DNA of 63,070 nt, the filler included, from Collodictyon triciliatum (lineage: Eukaryota): NCBI GenBank assembly GCA_043381765.1. It is 18 parts of 18 records of this genome, joined end to end, with 100 filler letters (N's around TTAATTAATTAA, not from the genome) between each part and the next. Parts side by side here need not be neighbours in the genome. Positions count along the whole stretch, not along the records: positions 23,357 to 26,589 come from JBHJMP010007603.1; positions 26,690 to 29,921 come from JBHJMP010007604.1; positions 30,022 to 33,253 come from JBHJMP010007605.1; positions 33,354 to 36,585 come from JBHJMP010007606.1; positions 36,686 to 39,916 come from JBHJMP010007607.1; 13 more parts are not named here. One strand, 5' to 3'. The translations under genes and the position numbers were made by a program. Positions 24,568 to 36,866 of this stretch are shown here, piece after piece. The notes beneath the pieces were generated by a model, which saw nothing but the letters and a program-made list of their open reading frames with translations, was not told the origin of the DNA and searched no databases. The stretch's first letter is position 1. Every line of letters starts with the position of its first letter.

Positions 24568-26271
24568 CGGATTCGAATGAACTTAGTGGATTCATAAGGA
24601 TCTATCTGAGTTGAAGGAATCATGCAATGGCCATTTTGATATCTAACAACCTGTGCCGTATACAAAACAGAGAGATGTCGAAATGTGCGACTCACTCTTG
24701 GACAGCCGGTGTGTTAGAAACCCCCAGTATGTCAAATCACAGAACCTTCTGGGTAAATGCGAGCCAATATGTACAAATTATGACGAAAACTCCGGGTACT
24801 CTCTTCCACACCACACTCCATCTCAAAAAAAAATTGAGTGGAAAGATAATAGAAAAAACATTTGTTGCTGATATAGTGGTTTTTATACATTTTCACATTA
24901 ATTTCTAATTTCTCATGCCACACAAAACCAAGAAAATGCGGTCCCTCTTTCATTATAATTGGGGCACAAAAGTCAGCCACTACATCCCTCTTTGCCTTCC
25001 TGAGCAAGCATCCCAGTTTCCGGAGCCCCAGCCGCAAGGAGTCTCATTTTTATCACCTTCCAGAATCCGATAAATTGTAAGTGTTTTATGATGATAATAT
25101 TGCAAGAATAAAAAAAAAGTGCTGTATTCGATTTCCCTTAATTTTCCCCTTTTTTGTAAATAAACTTTGTCAAATTGAGTCAATTACACAATATGCTCAT
25201 ATCGCACGGACGAATTTCTCTTTCGTGCTTGTTTTTGACAGTTCTGACCGAATCCTAAGAAAGAGAGAGTATCTTCAAATCTTCCCTTCATGCAAGGTTT
25301 CTTACTTGTTTATTTGGCCCTTTGCTCTCTCTCAACTAACGAATTCAACGCACCCACACAAACCCCAAAAGCTTTTGTATCAAAGTGTCTTATTTATTTT
25401 TCATAAGAGGCTCTTCTGCAATGCATATTTTTTTTTCAAGGCAAAATCATAAAATAAAAAATAAATCAATCGCCGGATGTCTTTTCCAAAAAAAAAAAAA
25501 AGAAGCAATAAGAAGCAATAGAGCCATTATACGGATTCCCCACCAAAGCAAACCATGTCTACGACTCGAACGTTTTAACGCACATATATTCATATTTATG
25601 CATATCATCGACAATAGACTTGTATCACTGGCGAGGGAACACCGGAATACTCTATTTTCCCCGCATCTGCAGCCAAAATCAAGGAGGACTGGCCAACCGC
25701 CCGAATCATCATGATTACGCGCGAGCCCATAGCCCGAGCCAAGTCCGAGTACGTGATGATGCAGTCGGCCAAATGGCTGGCCCACGTCCAACCACGATTC
25801 ATGTATCTCGTGCAGATGAAGACGTTCCACGAGGAAATCGCAGACGACATGAAACGCATGGTGGATGCAGGCGTCTTGGATCCTGCGCAAGGCACAATCA
25901 ACTTGAACAAGAGCTCCATCCTCCACTCCAACTACTATCACAAGTTCCTTGAGCGTGGGATGTACGCCTCGCAAGTGGAAGAGTGGCTCAAGCACTACAC
26001 CCGCGACCAAATCATGGTCATTCGCTTCGAGGATTTGGTCGACAAGGCAAAGTCCAAGTGTGTCCTGAGGCAAACGCTCCGCTTCCTTGGCATGCAGACG
26101 GATTCGTTTGATGGTCTGCACGCGGATTTCTGGGAGATGCCGCTTGAGATGAAAGGGACTGCGCACCCGAGAATCCCCGCCGAGCTGGAGTCGAAGCTCA
26201 AAGAGTTTTACAGGCCGTATAACCTCCGCCTCAACCGCTTGGTTGGCAGAGACTTTCGCTACTCAGTGTGA
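23606..26271 (+). CDS. Golgi-type sulfotransferase (Sulfotransfer_1; heparan 3-O-sulfotransferase-like), multi-exon
   Basis: N-terminal signal anchor; 5'-PAPS-binding motif GPSFIIIGAQKSATTSL and KESHFY; 3'-PB motif ITREPIARAKSEY; GMYASQVEEWL; LKEFYRPYNLRL. Confidence 0.88.
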
Positions 26272-26834
26272 GGCGGAGTGTTGCTGCAGTTTTGCTTTGT
26301 GAGTTGTGGTGGGATCCACAGGAGAATAAAGCTTCAACAAGTTTATGACAGTGCCGTGTGGAGAGAGGCCAGCACGGAGTAGGCGGATGGATTCAGGAAT
26401 AGCGCTTCCTTATTCGTCTTTTTTTTTTTTGTTTTTTTTGTTTTGTTACTTTGTTTGTTTTTATGTTTTTTTTGTTTCTTTGTTTTTATTGTTTTTATTG
26501 TTTTTATTGTTTTTATTGTTTTTATTGTTTTTATTGTTTTTATTGTTTTTATTGTTTTTATTGTTTTTATTGTTTTTATTGTTTTTATTNNNNNNNNNNN
26601 NNNNNNNNNNNNNNNNNNNNNNNNNNNNNNNNNTTAATTAATTAANNNNNNNNNNNNNNNNNNNNNNNNNNNNNNNNNNNNNNNNNNNNAATACTTTTAA
26701 TAATATGTATCACCTATATATTGCAAGTAAATGAGGAATAAGCAAATCACCAGTTGTGTGGATAGAACTTGCAACTTTCTGAAAATAGAGAATCGAAAAC
26801 TTTTCCTTTTTTCTATTATTTTTTCGCTATTTCT

Positions 26835-26923
<89 letters not shown>

Positions 26924-27350
26924 CATGCTGTTTCTCTTTCTCTGTTTGATTATTTTTGATTATGTAGCCATCAAGATAACTCCTTGAGATTTATTCAAGA
27001 TTCAACTATATGGCAGGAGATACCATCCAATACACATATAGTAATTTAGTACAAAAATCTTTTAGCCTTCATTGGTATGACAAATTGTATAAATTCATAT
27101 AACCCGTGTGGAATCTCATAAAGTATTTTTTCCCTTTATTCGATATATCAATTCATTCTAATAGTTATGAAATATTCTTTAGTAACATTTTGAAAAAAGA
27201 TATTATTATTTTGGATAGAAGTAACTGAATTCGGATAGAATGCAATAATTCCTCCCTTTTTTAATGTTCTGTGCTATTTTTTACAAGCAATCAAAAGATT
27301 TTAAAAGTTTTTCTTTCTACATTCATTTCAGTTTTTGTAATAGTTAATTA

Positions 27351-27406
27351 TATAAGGAATAATATCCTTTGAATCGAATAAAGGGCAAAATATAAGGAAT
27401 AATATC
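27351..27406 (+). mobile_element. Short insertion (family B, 24 bp) with 16 bp TSD
   Basis: TATAAGGAATAATATC at 27351-27366 and 27391-27406 flanks CTTTGAATCGAATAAAGGGCAAAA. Confidence 0.65.
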
Positions 27407-28320
27407 GAAGTTTCTACACAGTGAGGAGCATTCTATCATGCATACATTATGTGAGAAAAATGGTAACTTCTTCCACAACGCATAAAACGAGAGCAATCAC
27501 TATGCATTTATGATAAATCATAATTCTACACCGAATAGATGAATGCACAAGACTTTAGATGTGCTCGTCCATTCAAAAAAATTAACATCACAGTATCGCA
27601 CATCATAGTAAAGTAATTGGGTTACAGACTTAACAAGTAAACAAAGTAAACAGAAACAAACAATTACACAAAAAGTCGAGATTAGCCCAAATCATGAAAT
27701 TCCAGGTATTTTTCACCAAAATTCTTAAAGTTTTTCTCCTGAATTATTTTCACATTTTGTGTTTTTGAAATGACCTTTAGATTTCGAAGAGAAAAAGACA
27801 TATCCTTAATAACCTGAAAATTCAAAAAATCCATTAAAAAACACACGTACCTCCAAGATTTACTTGAAAAGCTGCTGCTTGTGAGAGGGAGAGTCTCGAA
27901 ATACATAATTCAACCAAATCAAGGACGATATTCAAATAAGGGTTTCAGATTGTCACCAAAGCTTAATCTCTGTTTCATCTTTGTATGAATTTTCCAACTT
28001 GTATAAAGCATAGTGATAAAAATGTAACTTGTTATGGTCTTTCTATTTGTAATTGAATATGAACGCATACAATATCACTTCAAAAAATGGTTCATTCCAT
28101 ATGCAATCTCATCATGTGTTTAGAAATGTATTCAGAGAGGCGTACAATTTATACGGGCAAATGTATCAAACTCAAAAAACAATGCATTCACAATATCTTT
28201 TTCATTAAGTCGATTAGCATGCAATAGAAAAAATTCTAATTTTTAATTAATGGTGGCACCTTATTGATGATAAAGGTATTATTATCGATTTAGTATTACT
28301 CTGTTTGACTTTGAATTGAA

Positions 28321-28404
28321 TAATAAAAAAAATCTAGCCAACATCTTCACCATCCTGCACAAAATTGAAAGGAAGAATAAAAAAAAAATAATAAAAAAAT
28401 CTAG
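28321..28404 (+). mobile_element. Short A-tailed insertion (family A) with TSD
   Basis: TAAT(A)7-8TCTAG on both sides of CCAACATCTTCACCATCCTGCACAAAATTGAAAGGAAGAAT(A)n. Confidence 0.7.
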
Positions 28405-28716
28405 GTGTTGTATTTGAAAAAGCCTAGCATCGTTATTCAGTTGATTGAGATTATTATATTAAAAATAATATACATGAATTTGTGATGCATGAGAGTAATT
28501 TATTCAATTTAAAGTAATAAAAAACGCACTTGAAAACATTTGACGGCCTATTGAACATGGAAAGGATAATTCAACACAGGACGCTCTTGGTATATTACAG
28601 GAAATACCTCGATATAAATGTATGCAGAAATATAAATGGAATGTTAAAAAGAGCTAATATTAAGGTTTCAAGCGCATCAAAAATCTAGCTTTATAACAGT
28701 ATAGTTCAAGTTGAGC

Positions 28717-28811
28717 AAACACAAACTCTTGTCTCCCATCCCGCCCCTTTGTATGGCATAACCTCGCTACACTTTGAATCGAATAAAGGGAAAAAAAACA
28801 CAAACTCTTGT
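28717..28811 (+). mobile_element. Short A-tailed insertion (family B, 63 bp) with 16 bp TSD
   Basis: AAACACAAACTCTTGT at 28717-28732 and 28796-28811; the insert ends CTTTGAATCGAATAAAGGG(A)n. Confidence 0.75.
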
Positions 28812-30375
28812 AGTTACCAGGCAAAAATATGATTTATAGTTTTTTTTTTATTGAATTACATATAATTCTGAGATTCAAACTGAAGAATAGAATGCTTCAA
28901 TCACAAAAAGACGCACATGGGTAAAATATAGAAGTTAGTGAGTACGCATGCTGATTATTAGCAATAAGACCGATTTGTAATCAACGCATCGGCATGTGGT
29001 CTCATTATTTGAAAAGAGTTACAGCACTTATTCTCCTGTATGAATAAGTAAAAAAAAACTTTTTGATGTGTTCGTTCCGTTGGATTTATAAAGTGCATAG
29101 ACAAAAAATTATTTGCATGAAAACTTTTCACAAAGATGGAGATATAAATATAGCTTGAAAAAATATCATCCGATTCACTCGAATAATTCATACATATTAC
29201 TTTGGTCGCATCTGATACTTGATTTTTTACAGACTTATTTCTCAGCACGCAAAATTTAACCCAACATATTTTCCCTCTATTCGAATCAATGAAAGAGCTT
29301 AAGTCAACTTAACATATTGAACTCAAGTCAAGTTGGAAAAAAAAAACAAATGTCTCCACCGGTTTTCATTATTTCATAGCAATATGAATTGTTCTTAAAT
29401 ATATGAATATTCATAAAGGAATATTTGTTACTTTTAGTAAAGAAAAAGAAAAGAATGATATAGACACTCAGAAAGATAATATAGTCTTAAGCCCATAATT
29501 TTATATATTCAGTAAACCCTTCAAATGCACACTTTTGATTAATTTCTGTCGCCGATAATTTTATTATGCTGTTGTATATTTTATTAATTAGGATAAGCAG
29601 CGAAGTTCAAATAAGCACATAATTCACATAATTCACATAATTGTTGTGCATGTAACCCTCAGTGTGTTTGCAAAGTTGTTTGTGCTGGACATTCCGATTG
29701 TTGTGTGCTGGGCTCAACAAGGACTTTGCCTGGTCATAGGGCAAATCACTTGCGGCCATGATATTCTCATTGACATAATAAAAAAATTATCTTGAAGGGA
29801 TTTTTTTTTTTTTTACTGTTAGTTCCAAGATGAACTGACCAAAGCGCTTTACAGATACGAAACGATGAGATAAATGAAATGCTTGAGAAAGTCAGGCGTA
29901 ATAGTTTCACAGTGTAACAAANNNNNNNNNNNNNNNNNNNNNNNNNNNNNNNNNNNNNNNNNNNNTTAATTAATTAANNNNNNNNNNNNNNNNNNNNNNN
30001 NNNNNNNNNNNNNNNNNNNNNAGAGAGAAAAAAAAGAGAGAGAAAAAAAAGAGAGAGAAAAAAAAGAGAGAGAAAAAAAAGAGAGAGAAAAAAAAGAGAG
30101 AGAAAAAAAAGAGAGAGAGAAAAAAGAAAAAAGAGAGAAAAAACACTTCACCGAGGGTTTATGTCCTCGTACTATTCTTTCTTTCATTCCAGCGTGCATA
30201 CAGTTTTTTTTTTATTGGGAACTTATCCTTCAAGTATTAACATTTTCAAGTCTTTATTGAAGTTTCAAAGAGACAACCTTTTCAGCAACTTATTCAACAA
30301 ATCATACCAAGCGGGGGCTTAAACAAATAAATCTAACCCCCTTCTCTACTCTTCGCCCCATTTTTTTCGTCGATA

Positions 30376-31704
30376 ATGCAGAAGCACACACTTTCTAACC
30401 AAGGGCCACTGAGTCAACACGCGGAGCAGTGGAGAGGAATGGAGTCACAGATTTTCAATCTTAAGTTTGCAGCAAAGCAGTTGGCAAAGAACTCCCAAAA
30501 ATGTGAGAAGCTGGAGAAGGAGGAACGCCTCAAAGTGAAGAAGGTGCTAATATATTATCTTTTTCCTTCTCTCTTTTTTATTTTATAAAAAAACATTTCT
30601 TTTAAGATAGGCAATAGAAAATCCATGTTCTCTTCTATTTTATGGCATCTATCGCCGCTTCTGTTTTATATATTTTTCTATGTATTTCCATTTATATGCC
30701 TTCGATATTTACTTTAGTCTTCTTCACGACCAGCTAGACCAATATTAACAAAGTCTCAATTGATAGGCGATCGAAAAGGGAAACACAGAAGGGGCGCGTA
30801 TCTACGCCCAAAACTCGATCCGGCAGAAGAGCCAAGCCATGAATTTCTTGAGACTTTCCTCTCGAGTCGATGCAGTTGCTTCTCGTTTGGAAATGGCCTT
30901 AAAAATGAAGCAGGTTCTCCTTTGTTACACTCGATTATTATGGAAGAAAGAAGAAGGGGGCGTTCGTTTTCACATTTTTTTTTATTTAGATATAAACCCT
31001 GGTCACTGATTATTTTTTTTTGAAAAAAAGGTCACTGGGTCAATTACCTCGATATCAAAGCAGATGGAAAAGGCACTTGGGTCGATGGACGTAGAGCAGG
31101 TAAAACTAAATACAAGTCTGAAAAGGTAGCAGTATGTAAATGAATATACGTAGTCTCTTGGAAAAGCAAATACCATAAAGCAAGAAAAATCTACATATAT
31201 ATCCATATATAAACATCAACTTTTCTGAAAACTATATCACATATAAGAATCAATACGACATCAAGAGAAACATGATAATTAAATTAAATGAAGAAAATGC
31301 ACTTCTCTGGACAACGCAGCAATCATGTTCTACATTTTTATAAAATAGAAGAAAAAGTGGGAGAGAAAAAAATATTACCTTAACATATTCCTCACCCGAT
31401 AAATCTGTCACAGATCACAAAGGCCATGGACCAATTTGAGCGGCAATTTGAAAGACTTGACCAGCAATCAAGCTGTGTTGAAAACGCGATTGGACGAACC
31501 ACTGCAAGCTCTATCCCCGTTGATGAGGTTGACGACCTTATTCGACAAGTTGCAGACGAGCACTCGCTCGATGTGAATGTAAAGCTCGGCGTGAACGCTC
31601 TCTCGTCTAAACAAGCGGAGCCTGTCGACCCCGAAGCGGCCGCCATGAACGAGGACGAAGAAGATCGGCTTCTGATGGAGCGCCTCAATCGCCTTCGCAA
31701 CTAA
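30376..31704 (+). CDS. CHMP1: ESCRT-III subunit CHMP1/Did2/Vps46, 4 exons
   Basis: FNLKFAAKQLAKNSQKCEK..KVKK|AIEKGNTEGARIYAQNSIRQK..LRLSSRVDAVASRL|VTGSI..ALGSMDVEQ|ITKAMDQFERQFE..VDDLIRQVADEH..MERLNRLRN. The true start may be 30439. Confidence 0.93.
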
Positions 31705-32056
31705 ATAGGCTGCTCCCTTGCGAAGATTCAAGTTCATTGTTTTTTGGCCAGAAAAATGAACGTGATATAAAGAAACATCCATAAAGCTGAGGGCGCATAT
31801 GTATAAATGTGTTGAATGCACGATGACGCCATGTCTTGAATGCAGAAGCCTTTACGGTGAATCGTGTTTTGTGTATCTTTATCTTTCTTGGAGGATGTAA
31901 AACGTTTCAGAACTCTGCTTGTTTGATGTTGTTGTCCGATTCCATCCTCTTTCTCTCTTTACATCCATTATTGCTTTTATCAGGTTAGTTCATGGTTACC
32001 CACAGAGGGGTTATTACATCGCTATTGCCATCGTTATCATCATCATCATTTTTATT

Positions 32057-32124
32057 ATTTGAATTATATCTCACCATTATGCACAAAATCGAAAGGAAGA
32101 ATAAAAAAAACCATTTGAATTATA
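32057..32124 (+). mobile_element. Short A-tailed insertion (family A) with 12 bp TSD
   Basis: ATTTGAATTATA at 32057-32068 and 32113-32124 flanks TCTCACCATTATGCACAAAATCGAAAGGAAGAAT(A)n. Confidence 0.65.
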
Positions 32125-32129
32125 ACTAG

Positions 32130-32260
32130 AAGGAATATACCACCTTTCGACTGGCAAACTTGGTGTGCTAGTATCCATGGTCTCACCATTTTTTTCACAG
32201 AGATCGTGTAGTGGTGAAGGCTGCCAGGTGAGACATAACAGCCTGATTTCTCAAAAGAGA
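32130..32260 (-). ncRNA. Candidate Fanzor omegaRNA remnant
   Basis: Lies shortly downstream of the Fanzor ORF on the same strand; more GC-rich than its surroundings; complementary pairs GTCTCACC/GGTGAGAC and CTGGCA/TGCCAG. Confidence 0.35.
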
Positions 32261-32266
32261 TATATA

Positions 32267-32297
<31 letters not shown>

Positions 32298-32314
32298 GAA
32301 GGATTAAAAGAACT

Positions 32315-33135
32315 TTGTTGATTACATTTTTAGCGCTGGTAAAGTCCTTTGTCATGAATTCACTTTGTTCGCTTTCTGAGCGATTACATTCTTTACATAT
32401 GAGACATCTATACACTTTTTTAATTTCCTTTCAGTGTCATATATTTCAGTTCTTATTCGCAGTTGCAACACATCTTGGAGGTTCTAAATTCATCTACAAT
32501 AATTTTTCAAACCGTTTGGTTAGTATTTTTCGTAATCCTCTTTCGATTGTTGGCATAAAATGGTTCATCGGACATTTTCTGCTCCAGTCTCCATACGCCA
32601 GTACAACATCCTTGCCAAATGTCTTTTCGATTCGGTCCATAAACAATTCTTCACTTCTTTTTGTATTAACATACTGTCTCCATCTCATCTTTCGAATAGG
32701 TTCCGTGTTCATGAAATCTGGAAAATTCTATCTGGTATCTTTATTTCATAGATACATATTTTCGAATTTTTCATAATCGACCGTGCATGAATTTTGTTTA
32801 CTTAGTTATGTCTCTAAATTGATTAAAGATACTCTTGATGTCTCAAACTGCTGATTCTCTTCAAAAGTCAGGGAACCAAAAGAAACAGCACTTTGTAAAT
32901 CTGTTGCCATGCATATCCCTGAAGAATTGTACTTTTCTTTTTTTTTCTCACACAAGAGTACTTTTTGATTTTTAAGAGATTTGCTATCATCTCTTGTTTG
33001 GTGTGCCGTGTAACGTAATTTCTTACCTGTCTCATCCACCATGTAAACCAAATTAAACTTGCCTGCGTCCACCACAACTATATTTTTTTTTCGCTAATAA
33101 AGATAACTGCTCTTCGGAAAGTTCATATATACATG
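32315..33135 (-). pseudogene. Fanzor2 (eukaryotic IS607-TnpB-like RNA-guided nuclease) remnant
   Basis: Across frameshifts and stops: NIVVVDAGKFNLVYMVDETGKKLRYT (RuvC-I), SKQNSCTVDYEKF, RKMRWRQYVNTKRSEELFMDRIEKTFGKDVVLAYGDWSR..MNHFMPT..GLRKILTKRF, VDEFRTSKMCCNC (RuvC-II + Zn), VYRCLICKEC, FMTKDFTSAKN (RuvC-III). Confidence 0.85.
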
Positions 33136-33141
33136 TATTTA

Positions 33142-33253
33142 GACCGCAAGCGAAGAGAGATGTGGGAATGTGTCGTAAGATATCTCCCACAGCATATCCA
33201 ACCCCTGCTACCCACGCAACCAATCAACCAGTTGGGACGCCCACCTGACCAAC
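33142..33253 (+). mobile_element. Non-LTR retroelement fragment abutting the 5' break of the Fanzor
   Basis: Encodes DRKRREMWECVVRYLPQHIQPLLP; homologous to the reverse strand of 18310-18407. Confidence 0.5.
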
Positions 33254-33361
33254 NNNNNNNNNNNNNNNNNNNNNNNNNNNNNNNNNNNNNNNNNNNNTTA
33301 ATTAATTAANNNNNNNNNNNNNNNNNNNNNNNNNNNNNNNNNNNNNNNNNNNNTCCCAACG

Positions 33362-36074
33362 ATGTGGTTCTCCAGAGACTTCTTCTCTCTTGTCCTGGCT
33401 TTTGCGGCTAGTCTAACAGGATTATGTAAGTCCCTCAGCACCCTCACGTATCCAGCCATAAAAAAATTCCTCTAATTTTATTTTATTTTATTGTATTGTA
33501 TTGTATTGCATTATATTGTATTATATTTTATTGCATTGTATTGCATTGTATTTTATTGCATTGTATTGTATTTTATTGTATTTTATTGTATTTTATTGTA
33601 TTTTATTGTATTATATTGTATTATATTGTATTATATTGTATTATATTGTATTATATTGCATTATATTGTATTATATTGTATTATATTGTATTTTATTGTA
33701 TTTTATTGTATTTTATTGTATTTTATTGTATTTTATTGTATTTTATTGTATTATATTGTATTATATTGTATTATATTGTAAGAATGTATTTTAATTGATT
33801 TTATCTTATATTGTTCCTTTCAATTTGTGCAAAATGATGGATAGTTTATTATTTTACTTTTAATTTATTTAATTTGTTTAATTTATTTAATTTATTTTCA
33901 TATTATTTTCATTTTATTCTGATTTGGTTATACATCATCTTCCCTTTAAACCTCCTTATAGATTGTTGGAGAAAATCTGAAGAGCTTTATAAGCTTCTGG
34001 AACATGAAAAACATAAGAGAGCTGATGAAAGGAATGGAAGAACGAACGCAGAGGAGGTACTTTCTATGTCAGCCCGATGATACTGTAGAAAACGTGAAAT
34101 TTTATTGTTTAAAATACATTGCATAGATACGTAATTATAAGAATGAAGATTTTATGATAGTTTTGTACCATTACTGCATTATCTCGATAAATTTTATTCA
34201 CACTGTTGTGCGTTTAGTGGTGATGATGATGATGATGACAATTTTAAAGGTACCAAATGGTTCACCCAAAGAATACCAATAATTCTATCAAATTTTTTCT
34301 GAATAGAAAATTCGAAGATTGATCCACCAAATCCAACAAATATCATCGAAGCAACCGCAAGCGTCTAGTGCAGAGGCCCCTGAGAGCGGTATATAAATTG
34401 AAGACATTACAACTCATCTTATTTAAGTTTTTTTCTCATTTATTTTATTCTATTTCCAACTTCGATGCTACTAATAGGGAAGAAAATGGTATCTATTATA
34501 ATAAAAAAAAATATATGAATGGAACAATTTAAGTGATTTGCTGCAATTAAAGAACATCCAGAGGCACAAATATCACATGTTTCTTACCGTGTTATTGGCT
34601 TCATCGAGTCTTGTTACAGGCAACGTTTAGGGACTCCACGCCAAGGGTTTTTTTTAAAAAATAAAAATACAAATTAACCAAAAAAATTGCATTTGATTTT
34701 ATCGAATAGTTATACTACCAAAAAAGAAATATTTCATGGAACTAACTCGTTTATATTCAGCAAACTTGTACCGAACGGGCTCGCAAGATTAAAAATAAAT
34801 GGTCATGTCATCCTTCCAAAAGCGTCTCTTGATAGCCTCACTCAATATTCTCATGTGTGGTGAGTATCCCAACATCGGTTAACCACTTCACCCTTCTTTT
34901 CCTTTTTCAATCGGCCGATACCATTTATTAATTAAACCTCCACAGGATTATATTTATTTTTCATATGAATACCAACGTGACAAAGAACCATCATGTGGAG
35001 AATGTTACAGAAGGTCGACCGATACCTCATTCTTAAATCAATATTATCAAACCATGGATGCCCTTTTTTTTCTGTGTAATTTCCCCCTTTTCTGTGTCAC
35101 TCCTTTATATCAGTCTACTTTCTCCTTTTTTCCTCAAGAAAAAAATATTTATAATTTTTTTCATTGATGATTTTGATATAAAAATTGTAATATAAGTGAT
35201 TTATATGTATATAAATGACTAGGTAATGGACACTCTTCCAAATATCAAGCAACGTTTAAAGCATATGTTAAACCACCTCGGCTTGGAGGAACAAAAGTCG
35301 GTCTTTTTGCAACCAGAGCACCACACAGGCCAAACAATATTGGACTCACTCTTGCTAAGCTTGAAAGTGTTGATTTAGAGCAAGGATGTGTAACAATATC
35401 AGCTCATGATTTGGTTGATGGAACTCCTGTTCTTGATATCAAAGTTTGTTAAATGAGACCCAATGTGAAATCACTAACATTATTTGGCTGCATAAATTCT
35501 TTATTTTCTTTCCTTTGATTTGTGCTGGAAAAGAGGTTTTGGCCATGATTCGATGGTCTTTGATTTCATGACTCCCTTTGTTCTTTTAATGCATGAGACA
35601 GACGGAAGGCTTTTCAAAAGAAATCATAAATAATTATAAATATCAAGCTCTACATTTATGACGCTCAACTATAAAAATTTTCGACTATAGCCATATCTGC
35701 CCCTTTATGACCAGCCATCAGGAGATGACCTCAGAGTTCCCTATTGGATTGATGATTCACCCGTCCAAGTCTTAGAAGACGTTGTTTTCGAACCTGATGT
35801 GATGCAGAAGATTCAAGATTTTATTTCCACGCAGAAATCTGCATTTTATCGAGAATTTCAAGCTTTTGTTAATGTCACAAAGGATGTGATACGGCAAGAT
35901 ATTAGATCAATTCACAGGCGCAAAGTGAACGATGAGAAGGAAGTCCACCACTTTCTATTCGACAACGCAAATGTCGGATTCAGAATCAGTCGTTCAATCG
36001 CCATTGTCGTAGAATTCGTTTATGTCCCTAACTACATCAAGTATCGAACTGCTGAGGAAGATGAGTCTCTTTGA
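33362..36074 (+). CDS. TRMO: tRNA m6t6A37 methyltransferase TrmO/TsaA family, multi-exon
   Basis: VIGFIESCYRQRLGTPRQG; YSHVW|IIFIFHMNTN; VKPPRLGGTKVGLFATRAPHRPNNIGLT; DLVDGTPVLDIK|PYLPLYD; QDIRS. Confidence 0.9.
33489..33780 (+). repeat. (TTATATTGTA/TTTTATTGTA)n tandem repeat in intron
   Basis: Direct reading. Confidence 0.92.
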
Positions 36075-36866
36075 GATTGAGATTTTTGTTTTATTCATCA
36101 TTGGTGACTTCACTTCCCGCACAGCAACGGGCTTTGATGTCTGCCTCCAATGAATTAACACAAAGGACAAAATAAATATCACCTTTTTTAAAAGAAAATA
36201 CCTTCTATTGCTAATGCCAATCTACGATTGTACCTTAATAATATATCTGGAAATTATTTAGTATATTATATTTCTGTTGAATTTCTTTGCTTTATACAAA
36301 ACCAAGTAGTCGACAATAATATGAATTTATGTGTTTATGCATTATTGCTTCAAAGTACAGCATCGTGTTGTTCAACAGAACATAGTTTTAGTTTTGCCTC
36401 CTTCGGCAAATATCGTTATAAATATCCTGTTATGGACATTTTTAATGAAAGTTGTAACCGCAGCAGATCAACAAAACAAAAGCGGACATCTAGGTTTTCG
36501 ATCTGGCAAAGATGAACAAAAAGAAAAAAGAAAACAAAAAAACCAAAAAAACCAAAAAAACCAAAAAAACCAAAAAAACCAAAAANNNNNNNNNNNNNNN
36601 NNNNNNNNNNNNNNNNNNNNNNNNNNNNNTTAATTAATTAANNNNNNNNNNNNNNNNNNNNNNNNNNNNNNNNNNNNNNNNNNNNTTGTATTGTATTTTT
36701 GTATTGTATTTTTGTATTGTATTTTTGTATTGTATTTTTGTATTGTATTTTTGTATTGTATTTTTGTATTGTATTTTTGTATTGTATCTTTGTATTGGAT
36801 ATTTATTGTGATTTTGCTGAATATTTATTGTGATTTTGCTGTATGCTAGTAACATATTGTTTCCGA

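Noticed and set aside
25447-26166. 239-aa antisense ORF over the sulfotransferase exon; likewise 10289-10585 and 62209-62487
   Set aside because: Antisense shadows of genuine coding sequence with no independent motif support.
27123-27392. Inverted pair of GAATAAAGGG motifs as MITE terminal repeats
   Set aside because: The right-hand copy has its own 16-bp TSD, so the two look like independent insertions in opposite orientation.
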